DNA of 64,000 bases from NCBI RefSeq assembly GCF_902713615.1, contig NC_052154.1, positions 91,953,030 through 92,017,029 of the forward strand, in the 5' to 3' direction. Below, one piece after another: positions 35,916 through 48,400 of this stretch. The notes beneath the pieces were generated by a model. That model made no database searches, was not told where the DNA came from, and worked only from the letters and a program-made list of their open reading frames with translations. The stretch's first letter is position 1. Each line of letters starts with the position of its first letter. Source of the DNA: Scyliorhinus canicula (lineage: Eukaryota). The translations under genes were made by a program, and so were the position numbers.

Positions 35916-37444
35916 CTTAAGTGGGCAGGGTGTGTGAAGGGACAGAGGATGGGGGAGGGGTGGGTGTTTGTCAAGGAGGGTTGTCTCACTTGTTGCAACT
36001 CTGCCAACCTCGCATAGCGTGACATCCCGGCTGGCAGACCCCCCCAACAAGATCCAGTGCCCTCTGCTCAAAGGTGGTGAGGGGGTGCAGTTTGGGCGAA
36101 CCCCCTCCAGTCTTGTGCCGCTCACGGTTGTTGTGAGCGGACTTGGCCTGTTGGGGGAGGATACATAGGTAGATCATTACAATACGGCAGGTATCAGCAG
36201 TCCGTTCAGATACTGGCACAGTTTGGGGGTCAAGTTGTCATAAAACAATTGCATCTCTCCACGGGGCCAGAGCGCTGGGTCTGTGACAACTTTGTGAACC
36301 ACCCTCAAATAACTCTGCCCAAATCCCCCTCCACCCCCCCGTGCCAGGTGGGGAGGTGGGTGATTAAGTAAATGGGGGGGAGGGATGGTTGTGACCAGGG
36401 GGCACCTTCTTGGCACTTACCCTGGCAGCCCTGGTGAGGTAGTGAAGCTTTTTCCGGCACTGCTCTGCAGAGCGAGGGGTCTGCCCCACAGCACTGACGG
36501 CAGCAGCCACCTCACGCCAGGCCTGGCGTACCACGCTGGCAGGTTGGCGATGCCCTCTCCGCAGGCGGATGATGCCCCTCCTGTGCTTGACAGCATCGAG
36601 CAGCGTCTCGACATCGGCCTCCACAAAACGAGGTGCAGCTCTCCTGGGCTCGGACATCATGGCCGACAGATTCTGTGCTCGCCCGCGCCTTTTTACGGCG
36701 TCGGGCGGCGATATGTGGGCGTGATCGTGTCGTCGCCGCATTCTGTCGTCATCGCGCCCGTGATAGACGCGGTCGCGTTACTAGCCCATTTCCCGGAAGT
36801 GAATACGTCGGGAAATGGACCCTTTCCGACTGTCGTAAAACGCGCCCGTTTTTTACGACAATTTCACGATTTTTCGCGGGTGCGGAGAATCGCACCCAGC
36901 GTCTCTGCGACACAGTGCACCACCGGTCGGAATTCACTGTTTTTGAGAATTAGGCCTGGATACTGCACACCCCAACACCAAAATCGTGATGAGCAACAGA
37001 GCGGAAAATCCAGACTCCAGCATGAAATTGGGACATGTGCGGGTTCAGCGATTCTCAGGCCGTGCACACTCACCATGACCAAGCAGAGGGCTCAGCACTT
37101 TGTCGGTGGCCCAGCTGAAAGGGAGTTTGCTGGGGTGGAGTACTGTAATGTGCGGGCAACTGAGACCCTGCCAAATTTATGATTGATCTTGACATATCAG
37201 CGAAGAGACGCCGAGGACACTATCTGGTGCACACCACAAATCGCATCCAGTTCAGCAGGTGGAGGTATGAGCTCTCAAGAGGCCGGACGGTCAGAGGGCA
37301 GGCTTGCCCAGGAACGGTCCAGACATGGCCTTGACGTCTGGAACATCCAGTCCCAATAGTCCAGATGCAATCAGCGACACAGGGAATGCAAGAGGGGACT
37401 ACGGCGGGCATACAGCACCTGTGCACAGAGATGCATGTCCAACT

Positions 37445-39421
37445 ACATAAGAACTAAGAGCAGGAGTAGGCCATCTGGCCCCTCGAGCCTGCTCTGCCAT
37501 TCAATGAGATCATGGCTGATCTTTCATGGCCTGAGCTCCACTTTCCAGTCCGAACTCCATAAACCTTAATCCCATTATTGTTAAAAAATCTATCTATCTT
37601 TACCATAAAAACATTTAATGAAGGAGCCTGAACTGCTTCACTGGGCAAGGAATTCCATAGATTCACAACCCTTTGGGTGAAGATGTTCCTCCTCAACACA
37701 GTCTTAAATCTACTTCCCCTTATTTTGAGACTTTGCCCCCGAGTTCTGCTTTCACCCGCCAGTGGAAACAAACTGCCAGCATCTATCCACACTATTCCCT
37801 TCATAATTTTATATGTTTCTATAAGATCCCCCCTCATCCTTCTAAATTCCAACGAGTACAGTCCAAGTGTATTCAAACTCTCCTCGTAATCCAACCCCTT
37901 CAGGTCCGGGATTAACCTTGTGAATCTCCTCTGCACACCCTCCAGTGCCAGTATGTCCTTTCTCAAGTAAGGAGACCAAGGCTGAACACAATACTCCAGG
38001 TGTGGCCTCAATAACATCTTATACAATTGCAGCATAACCTCCCTAGTCTTAAACTCCATCCCTCTAGCAATGAAGGATAAAATTCCATTTGCCTTCTTAA
38101 TCACCTGTTGCACCTGTAAAGCAACTTTCTGTGATTCATGCACGAGCACACCCAGGTCTCTCTGCACAGTAGCATGCTTTAATATTTTATTGTTCAAATA
38201 ATAATCCCGTTTGCTGTTATTCCGACCAAAATGGTATCCTCACATTTGTCATCATTTTATTCCATCTGCCAGACCCTTGCCCATTCACTTAACCTATCCA
38301 AATCCCTCTGCAGACTTCCAGTATCCTCTGCACTTTTCGCGTTATCACTCATCTTAATGTCATCTGCAAAGTTGGACACATTGCCCTTGGTCCCCAACTC
38401 CAAATCATCTATGTAAATTGTGAACAATTGTGGGCCCAACACGGATCCCTGAGGGACACCACTAGCTACTGATTGCCAACCAGAGAAACACCCATTAATC
38501 CCCACTCTTTGCTTTCTATTCATCAACCAATCCTCTATCCATGCTATTACCTTACCCTTAATGCCATGCTTCTCTATTTTTGGCAGCAACCTTTTGTGTG
38601 GCACCTTGTCAAAGGCTTTCTGGAAATCCAGATATACCACATCCATTGGCTACCCGTTATCTACTGCACTGGTAATGACCTCAAAAAATTCCACTAAATT
38701 AGTTAGGCACGACCTGCCCTTTATGAACCCATGCTGCGTCTGTCCAATGGGACAATTTCTATCCAGATGACTCGCTATTTCTTCCTTGATGATCGATTCC
38801 AGCATCTTCCCTACTACCGAAGTTAAGCTCACTGGCCTATAATTTCCTGCTCTCTGCCTACCTCCTTTTTTAAACAGTAGTGCCACGTTTCCTAATTTCC
38901 AATCGACTGGGACCACCCCAGATTCTCGTGAATTTTGGTAAATCATCACTAGTGCATCTGCAATTTCCCTAGCCATCTCTTTTAGCACTCTGGGATGCAT
39001 TCCATCAGGTCCAGGAGACTTTTCTACGTTTAGCCCCATTAGCTTGCCCATCACTACCTCCTTAGTGATAACAATCCTCTCAAGGTCCTCACCTGTCATA
39101 GCCTCTTTTCTATCAGTCGCTGGCATGTTATTCGTGTCTTCCATGTGAAGACCGACCCAAAAAACCTGTTCAGTTCTTCAGCCATTTCCTCATCTCCCGT
39201 TATTAAAACTCCCTTCTCATCCTCTAAAGGACCAATATTTAACTTAGCCACTCTTTTTCGTTTTATATACTTGTAAAGATTTTTACTGTCTGTTTTTATA
39301 TTCTGAGCAAGTTTATTCTCATACTCTGTCTTACTCTTCTTTATAGCTTTTTTAGTAGCTTTCTGTTGCTCCCTAAAGATTCCCCAGTCCTCTCGTCTCC
39401 CAACAATCTTTGCCACTTTAT
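37445..39421 (-). mobile_element. 5'-truncated CR1, copy B
   Basis: Counterpart of 3089-5067; ORFs 37454-38197, 38257-38646, 38650-39144. Confidence 0.95.
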
Positions 39422-41086
39422 ATGCAGGAGCAGGGGGTGGTGCCGGCCATGCATGCCATGTAGGCCCACACTGCATGGGTGGCGTCCATGGTGGAGCCAA
39501 TGGGGCGACGGTTTCAGCCACGGATCATTATGTCCAAGGTCCTGGGCATTCTGTGAATTCTGTGCAGGTCCCAGTCACAGCAGGCCATGGCTATGAACGT
39601 CAGAAGATTTGCCCCACTCTGGCCGCCATGGAGCAGACACTGGAGGAGTTGGCCCAGTCTCTGAGTGAGGTGGCCTAGTCCCAGAGCGAGATGGCCCAGT
39701 ACCAGAGGGAGGTGGCCTAGCCACTGGCTGATGCTGCAGAGATACACAGTCGCAGCGTGATGTTGTGCAGTCTCTGATGGAGATGATCCACTCAGTTTGC
39801 TCCATGGCTGCAAGCATGCAGGCCTTGGTAGAGACCAGAGCGGGCCTCCAGAACTGGCTTCGGCAGGTGACATTGGGCGATCTCTGGGGATGGCTATGGT
39901 CGCATCCCCCTCCAATGAGTAGACTGGGGGCCATCAGGCACCCCGAGGGACGAGGAGGTGATGGGGCACGTGCTGGTGAACCCGCCAGGGAGCAACACAC
40001 CGGACTCCCCCCCCCCCACCCCCCATGCTGGCCGTCGTGCATCTGCTGCGCAGCGGGAGGAATAGGGTGTCATCACGCCACCCAGAACACTGGTGCAGTG
40101 GCCGGCGATACTCGGTCGGGTCGCACCAAACGAGGTAGTGGTTGCATGTCAGGAGTCACAGCAGGGTGCCTCCACTCGTACTGTATGGTATGGGGAACGA
40201 CCTAGGCACAGTGTTAGGCCCCACAACTCTAGAAACTTAGACACCAGTTAAGTTGGCATGGGTGCTGTGTACAATTAAGAAATAGAGGCGAGGGCACAGA
40301 CTGTACGTATTTGCTGAAAATAAACACTTACAACAACCGTTTCAATGTGCCTTGGTGCTCTGTCAGATAGACCGTGGGGGTGGCCTGGTACAGGCTTGCA
40401 GAGGGTGGGGGGGGGGGAGGCGGCGGACTGTACAGGCGTTTAGCAGGACCGGGCTCCTCACCCTATTCCCCCATGCCCCAGTGAACCGACAATCCCAAGC
40501 AAGCACACCACAGGCATTCCGGACGACCTTGAGGTGGAACGGCCTACTCGTATGCAGGCATCAACCAGGTGGATGGTTCAACCGTGGGCATGGCTCAGAA
40601 TTTGTCATATGATGTGAAGCACCATAGGTCATCGCAGAGCGGGTTGTCATCTTCCTCCATCCCATGGACCTGACCCTTTGCTACTGCCAACTCCGCACTC
40701 CCAGCTCATAGCGCTGCAGGTATCTATACATTTTTCATAGCATTTACAGTGCAGAAGGAGGCCATTCGCCCCATCGAGTCTGCACCGGCTCTTGGAAAGA
40801 GCATCCTACCAAAAATGGTCTCCGTGATGGCACACATGCAGTGCACCGAGCACTGTGAGATTCGGGGCAGATCCCCACTTGGTCACTGGAATGACCCGGA
40901 GGCACAGAGATTCAGGGCGACCTTCACCTTGACGATAACCACCATTTGGTGTCCTGCCCCATTCCTCTAACGTGTCAGGTGTGTCATCATATGGCAGCTG
41001 TGTCACACTCTCTCTGCTCATCCAGAGTCTGTGAATTAATGCAAGGTCTGGCATTTCCTCGAATGACTGGTGCTGCCAGTACACAT

Positions 41087-41132
<46 letters not shown>

Positions 41133-44100
41133 GAAATACAGCACAGAACAGGCCCTTCGGCCCACGATGTTGTGCCGAACTTTTGTCCTAGGTTAATCAT
41201 AGAATTTTGGACACGAAGGGCAATTTATCATGGCCAATCCACCAAACCTGCACGTCGTTGGACTGTGGGAGGAAACCAGAGTACCCGGAGGAAACCCACG
41301 CACACACGGGGAGGATGTGCAGACTCCACACAGACTCCACCCAAGTTGAAATCGAAACTGGGACCCTGGAGCTGTGAAGCAATTGTGCTATCCACATTGC
41401 TACCATGCTGCCCTTAGGAAGAAATTAATCTACACTCTATTATTCTACCCTAATCCATGTACCTATCCAATAGCTGCTTGAAGGTCCCTAACTTTTCTGA
41501 CTCAACTACTTCCACAGGCAGTGCATTCCATGCCCCCACTACTCTCTGGGTAAACAACCTACCTCTGACATCCCCTCTATATCCCCTCTATATTTAACTT
41601 AAATTTATGTCCCCTTGTAATGGTTTGTTGCACCCGGGGAAAAAGTCTCTGACTGTCTACTCTATCTATTCCCCTGATCATCTTATAAACCTCTATCAAG
41701 TCGCCCCTCATCCTTCTCCGTTCTAATGAGGAAAGGCCTAGCACCCTCAACCTTTCCTCGAAAGACCTATTCTCCATTCCAGGCAATATCCTGGTAAATC
41801 TCCTTTGCACCTTTTCCAAAGCTTCCACATCCTTCCGAAAATGAGGTGACCAGAATTGCACACAGTACTCCAAGTGTGGCCTGACCAAGGTTTGTACAGC
41901 TGCATCATCACCTCACGGCTCTTAAATTCTATCCCTCTGCTAATGAACGCTAGCACACCATAGGCCTTCTTCACAGCTCTATCCACTTGAGTGGCAACTT
42001 TCAAAGATCTATGAACATAGACCCCAAGATCTCTCTGCTCCTCTACATTGTCAAGAACCCTACCGTTAACCTTGTATTCCGCGTTCATATTTGTCCTTCC
42101 AAAATGGACAACCCCACCCTTACCAGGGTTACACTCCATCTGTCACTTCAAAACCCAGCTCTGCATCCTATCTATGTCTCTTTGAAGCCGACAACAGCCC
42201 ACCTCACTATCCACAACTCCACCAATCTTCGTATCATCTGCAAATTTACTGACCCACCCTTCAACTCCCTCATCCAAGTCGTTAATGAAAATCTCAAACA
42301 GCAGAGGACCCAGAACTGATCCCTCCGGTACGCCACTGATAACTGGGCTCCAGGCTGAATATTTTCCATCCACTACCACTCTCTGTCTTCTATCGGTTAG
42401 CCAGTTCGTTATCCAACTGGCTAAATTTCCCAGTATCCTATGCCTCCTTATTTTCTGCGTACGCCTACCATGGGGAACCTTATCAAATGCTTTACTAAAA
42501 TCCATGTAGACTACATCCACTGCTTTACCTTCATCCACATGCTTAGTCACCTCCTCAAAGAAGTCAAAAAGACTTGTAAGGCAAGACCTACCCCTCACTA
42601 ATCCGTGCTGACTATCCCTAATCAAGCAGTGTCTTTCCAGATGCTCAGAAATCCTAACCCTCAGTACCCTTTCCATTACTTTGCCTACCACCAAAGTAAG
42701 ACTAACTGGCTTGTAATTCCCTGGGTTATCCCTATTCCCTTTTTTGAACAGGGACACGACATTCGCCACTCTCCAATCCTCTGGTACCACCCCTGTTGAC
42801 AGCGAGGACGAAAAGATCATTGCCAACGGCTCTGAAATGTCATTTCTTACTTCCCATAGAATCTTTTGATATATCCCGTCAGGCCCGGGGGACTTGTCTA
42901 TCCTCAAGTTTTTCAAAACGCCCAACACATCTTCCTTCCTAACAATTATCTCCTGCAGCTTACCAGTCTGTTTCACACTGTCCTCTCCAACAACATGGCC
43001 CCTCTCGTTTGTAAAAACTGAAGAAAAATACTTGTTCAAGACTTCTCCTATCTCTTCAGCCTCAATACACACGATCTCCCGCTACTGTCCTTGCTCGGAC
43101 CTACCCTCGCTCTAGTCATTCTCATATTTCTCACATATGTGTAAAAGGCCTTGGGGTTTTTCTTGATCGTACCCACCAAATATTTTTCATGCCCTCTCTT
43201 AGCTCTCCTAATCCCTTTCTTCAGTTCCCTCCTGGCTATCTTGTATCCCTCCAGCGCCCTGTCTGAACCTTGTTTCCTTAGCCTTACATAAGTCTCCTTC
43301 CTCCTCTTAAAAAGACATTCAACCTCTCTTGTCAACCATGATTCCCTCACTCGACCATCTCTTCCCTGCCTGACAGGGACATACATATCAAAAACACGCA
43401 GTACCTGTTCCTTGAACAAGTTCCACATTTCACTTGTGTCCTTCCCTGACAGCCTATGTTCCCAACTTATGCACTTCAATTCTTGTCTGACAGCATTGTA
43501 TTTACCCTTCTCCAATTGTAAACCTTGCCCTGTTTCACACACCTATCCCTCTCCATTACTAATGTGAAAGTCACAGAATTGTGGTCACTACCTCCAAAAG
43601 GCTCCGCCACTAACAAATCTATTACCTGCCCTGGTTCATTACCAAGTACCAAACCCAGTATGGTCTCCCCTCTGGTCGGCAATCTACATACTGTGTTAGA
43701 AAAGCTTCCTGGACACACTGCACAAACACTACCCCATCCAAACGACTTGATCTAAAGAGTTTCCACTCAATGTTTGGGAAGTTAAAGTCACCCATGACTA
43801 CTACCCTGTGACTTCTGCACCTTTCCAAAATCTGTTTCCCAATCTGTTCCTCCACATCTCTGCTGCTATTGGGGGGCCTATAGAAAACTCCCAACAAGGT
43901 GACTGCTCCTTTCCTATTTCTGCCTTCAACCCATATTACCTCAGTAGGCAGATCCCCCTCTAGCTGCCTTTCTGCAGCTGTTATACTATCTCTCATTAAC
44001 AATGCCCCACCCCCCACCTATTTTACCATCCTCCCTAATCTTGTTGAAACATCTATAACCAGGTACCTCCAACAACCATTTCTGCCCCTCTTCTATCCAA

Positions 44101-45491
44101 GTTTCCGTGATGGCCACCACATCGTAGTCCCAAGTTCCGATCCATGCCTTAAGTTCACTCACCTTATTCCTGATGCTTCTTGCATTGAAGTATACACACT
44201 TCAACCCATCTCCTTGCCTGCAAGTACTCTCCTTTGTCAGTGTTACCTTCCCCACTGCATCACTACGTGCTTTGGCATCCTGAATATCTGCTTCCTTAGT
44301 TGCTGGACTACAAATCCGGTTCCTATTCCCCTGCCAAATTAGTTTAAACCCTCCCATAAGAGTACTAGAAAACTTCCCGCCCAGGATATTGGTGCCCCTC
44401 TGGTTCAGATGCAACCCGTCCTGCTTGTACAGGTCCCACCTTCCCCAGAATGTGCTCCAATTATTCAAATACTTGAAGCCCTCCCTCCTCCACCATTCCT
44501 GCAGCCACGTGTTCAACTGCTCTCTCTCCCTATTCCTAGCCTCGCTATCACGTGGCACTGGCAACAAACCAGAGATGACAACTCTGTCTGTCCTGGCCTT
44601 TAACGTCCAGCCTAACTCCCTTAACTTGTTCATTACCTCCACACCCCTTTTCCTACTTACGTCGTTGGTACCAATGTGCAGCACGACTTCTGGCTGCTCA
44701 TCCTCCCCCTTCAGGATCCTGAAGACACGATCCGATCCCTGGCACCCGGGAGGCAACATACTTTCCGGGAGTCTCGCTCGCGACCACAGAATCTCCTATC
44801 TATTCCCTTAACCATTGAATCTCCTATTACTATTCCTTTTCTATGCTCCCCCTTCCCTTCAGAGCCCCAGAGCCAGATTCAGTGCCAGAGTCCTCGCCGT
44901 TAGGGCCTTACCCCGGTAGGTCATCCCCCCAACAGCATCCTAAACAGTATACTTGTTTTGAAGGGGAACGGCCATGAGGGATCCCTGCACTGTCTCCCTG
45001 TTAGTTTTCTTTTCCCTGACTGTAACCCAGCTATTCTTGTCCAGTACCTTGGGTGTGGCTACCTCCCTGTAACTCTTCTCGATACCCCCCTCTGCCTCCC
45101 GGATGATCCGAAGTTCATCCAGCTCCAGCTTTAATTCCCTAACACGGTCTCTGAGGAGCTGGAGTTGGGTGCACTTCCCGCAGGTATAGTCAGCGGGGAC
45201 ACCAGTGGTATCCCTCACCACCCACATCCGACAGGAGGAGCATGCAACTGCCCTAGCCTCCATCCCCTCTTACTTTACATAATTAGCTGCCCCGAATACC
45301 AACTGGACCTCCGCCCTCCGACTCTGCTTCCAGTCAGCTGTACTCTAAACGCCTGGCTCCCTCCACGCTATTTGATAAATATAGGAAATGAAATGCAAGG
45401 AGCACCTTACTCCCTCTTCACCTAACTCTCTCAGTCACCAAACTCTCACTGTAGCACTCAAATGCAACCAGTTCATCACTCCAGTGCAAAC
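41087..45491 (-). mobile_element. Full-length CR1, copy B
   Basis: Counterpart of 6738-11126; RT ORF 42143-43072; esterase and APE in one frame at 43986-44759; ORF1 N-terminus at 44940-45263. Confidence 0.95.
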
Positions 45492-48400
45492 CCACTGAGG
45501 TCTCATGCAGCACCTCCTTGGCGCTCCTCCTCCTTGGCCTGTTGAGCAGCCGGCTCACCAGCCGGTGAGGCTGCCACCTGCCCCTCTGCATTCCGTTCCA
45601 CTGCAGCCTGTTGCTCTGTAGCCCGTCCCGTTGCTGTACACTCTGATGCTGCCCGATCCGCTGCTGCAGTTTCCCGCCACTTTTCGAGCGGTCTCGCTCA
45701 TGCGGCAGCAGGGCTTCTCACAGAGCTGCCACGATCACTAGAGAGGCTACCATTACCGGTAGAACTCCAAAATACATTGTCTAAAAGGAGTGAAAGGCCA
45801 ACATATTAGCATGGTGCATACTCCTGTGACCATCTATGTTCCATGGACTACACGGTGGCCCTGGCTGGCAGTGCGTCCTCCACTCCCGCATGTGCCCTCC
45901 ACCCTCTGAACTCCTGCCCAGTTGTTATCCAGCACTGTAGAGGCCCTGGTCCTCGCGCCCGTCCCTGCTGTCACGGGTTTTGTTGGATGGCACTGTCCTA
46001 ACTGTGGACACGACCACCCCATTCCAGACCAACGTCTCCTCACTTCACAGACTGCCAAACCACCCTCTTGAACACCCCTCCTTTATAGAGACATGCGGTG
46101 CTACGAGCTGAGGTCCTGGATTGGTACTAATACTGGGATGAAGGATGATCAAAACCAGCTCGGCGATGAGCTCTGGTGCTCCACATAGTCAGATAACATC
46201 TGACTCATGCCCATGGTAGCCCCTACCACGTGGTTAATGCCTGTATGCAAGCTGGCCTGTTCATCACATGGTCCCGTTAAATCCCTGGGTTGGTGACGCT
46301 GGAGACAATGGGGGGGGCGTGGAGGGCTGGAGCAGGGTCCTCCCAGCACTCCACCCCCTCATGGCCTGCCCGGACCAGCCCACTCACACACCAGACAGGC
46401 AGAAAATTGAGGAAGGGTTTAACTGCGTTATCAGGTGTTTTTTGTGAAGAAATATATACAGTCTGTGCTCTATCCCGTATAACTAAACTGTGACTTGTAC
46501 CCGTGCCAACCTAACAGGTATCTAACCTTTTGGTGTTACGGGCCCTAACCCTGTTCCTAGGTGGTTCCCAAGATGACACAGCAGTAGTGGAGGCAGCTTG
46601 TTGTGACTCCTGCCCTGTGACAAGGGTCCCTGTGGCACGTGTCACCTGGGTCGCCCTCGCCTGGATGTGCCCTCCCGCTGCTCAGGTGTCCCGGGTGGCA
46701 TGGCGTGGCTCTGTTCTGCCCGCTGCTCCCCAGATCCACCAGGGACAGGAGTGAGGAGACAAACGTGCTGTGGCGATCTGGCACCTCCCCTGCGGGAGTC
46801 ACCAGTCCAGGCCCCATCACCTCCTCATAACTTGGAAAACCCAAACCCCCCTGGCCCACTTCATACCATGGGGTTGCGACATGAGGCATCCCTTAATGTC
46901 TTCCCACCACCTGGCGATGTTAGTCCTGCAGGCCCGCTCTGGTCTCGCCCAGAGTCTGCATGCACGTGGCCGTGGAGCACAGAGAGTGGACCATCTCCAT
47001 TTGGAACTGCACCACGTCATGCTGTGACTATGCCACCACTCTTTGGGTCTGTGCCACGCAAGCCAGTGACTGGGTCACATTCCTCTGAGTCTGGGCAACG
47101 TTGGACAGCGTCTGGCCAATGCCACCGATGTTCCTAACTGCTGCAATGTGCAGGGGCCTCTGGCCCACAGCTGCAGGTGAGAGGGCAGCCCTGTCCTAGG
47201 CCTCGGCCACGGACTGCATAGAATTCCTCAGGCCGTGGGCACACTGATCTATTTTCCACCAGTGTCCATAGTGCGACCTGCACCACATCGATGACTCCCT
47301 GGAACTGGGACATCCTGGCAATGAGAGCGAAGCCTGCTGCCCGGGAATTCTGGTGCATGCGGTCCACAAGGAACTGGATGTAACCATCTGCCAGTGCATA
47401 CACAGCATACCTCATGGTGCGGATGCACCTTTGCGCCGATGGCTGTGAGATGCCAGACAGGTACCCTCTCGGGTACTGGAAGGTCAACATGGCATAAACG
47501 TTTAGGGCTAACGTTACCTTGATGACCACCGGTAGCGGGTGACCTCGATGGTTCCAGGTGTGCCATCATCTGGCAGATATGTTGCTGCTCATTTACAATC
47601 TACTCCTGTATTCCTGGTCTGGTAGTTCCTCAAAGGACATGAGGTGCCGAAACATGAGGAGCCTCATCTGGTGCCTCCTTGGAATCACCACCACCTCCTT
47701 CTCCTCGCCCTGTTCCTCCTCCTCCTGCTCCTTCTTCTCCTCGTCTTGTCACTGCTCCTCATCCTCGGCCAGTCGGGCGGGCAGCCCGCCAGCCTGAACG
47801 GCTGCCAACTGAGGCTTTGCAGCCTGCTCCTCTGCTGCATCTTCCACCTCGTCTCTGCGCTGCCTCCACTGACGTTGCCACCGTGCTGCATGAAGTACAG
47901 CACCCCTACTACGACGGACAACATCACTGATGTTGACAAAATATGATAATATGCAGGGTGCAAGCAGAGAAAATGTTACCATGGTGTATACACCCAGGTG
48001 CACAACCAGGTTTCATGGTCGTCGCCCCGGCCCCAGCCACGCAAGCCCACCCATCCCCGACCCGTCAGTGGCCCCACTCCTGGCACCCGTCCCTGCTGCC
48101 AGGGCCATCGTTTCATGGCACTACCCTCACTGGACACTGCCGTCAGTGTGGCCCTGGGTGTTCTGTCTTGTGGATGTAGCCAGTTGAGTGGGATGGCCTG
48201 GGAGGGGGGCTGCACCAACACATACGGCCATTAACCCAGCGTTCACCAAAGAGTTGGGATGGGTGGCCAAAAAGATGGCCACCGTAAAGGGGCTCGGTGC
48301 ATGGGCACTGCCCCGTTAAATTGCGGGTTCCCTGGCTCTTCGGCTCTATAACCATTACAGGAGACCGCAGTACCTCCCCCCCCCCCCCCCCCCCCAACCT

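Larger units (their letters stand above)
33902..36660 (-). pseudogene. Three-exon Harbinger Myb/SANT (NAIF1-like) gene: 36660-36421, 36147-35990, 35282-33902
   Basis: Same GT-AG sites as copy A; ends RARKATKIDTE* at 33902. TGA stops early in exon 3, one of which is CGA in copy A (CpG decay), plus small frameshifts. Confidence 0.82.
30318..36897 (+). mobile_element. Complete two-gene Harbinger/PIF transposon (transposase on +, convergent Myb/SANT gene on -), carrying a CR1 and a SINE insertion
   Basis: Left TIR gggtggaattctcc (30318-30331); right TIR ggagaatcgcaccc (36884-36897), a 12/14 inverted match; subterminal ggagaat/attctcc repeats. Confidence 0.88.

Noticed and set aside
36385-37182. 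265-aa + strand ORF crossing the Harbinger right TIR
   Set aside because: Antisense to the Myb exon and spans a junction between two elements; broken in copy A.
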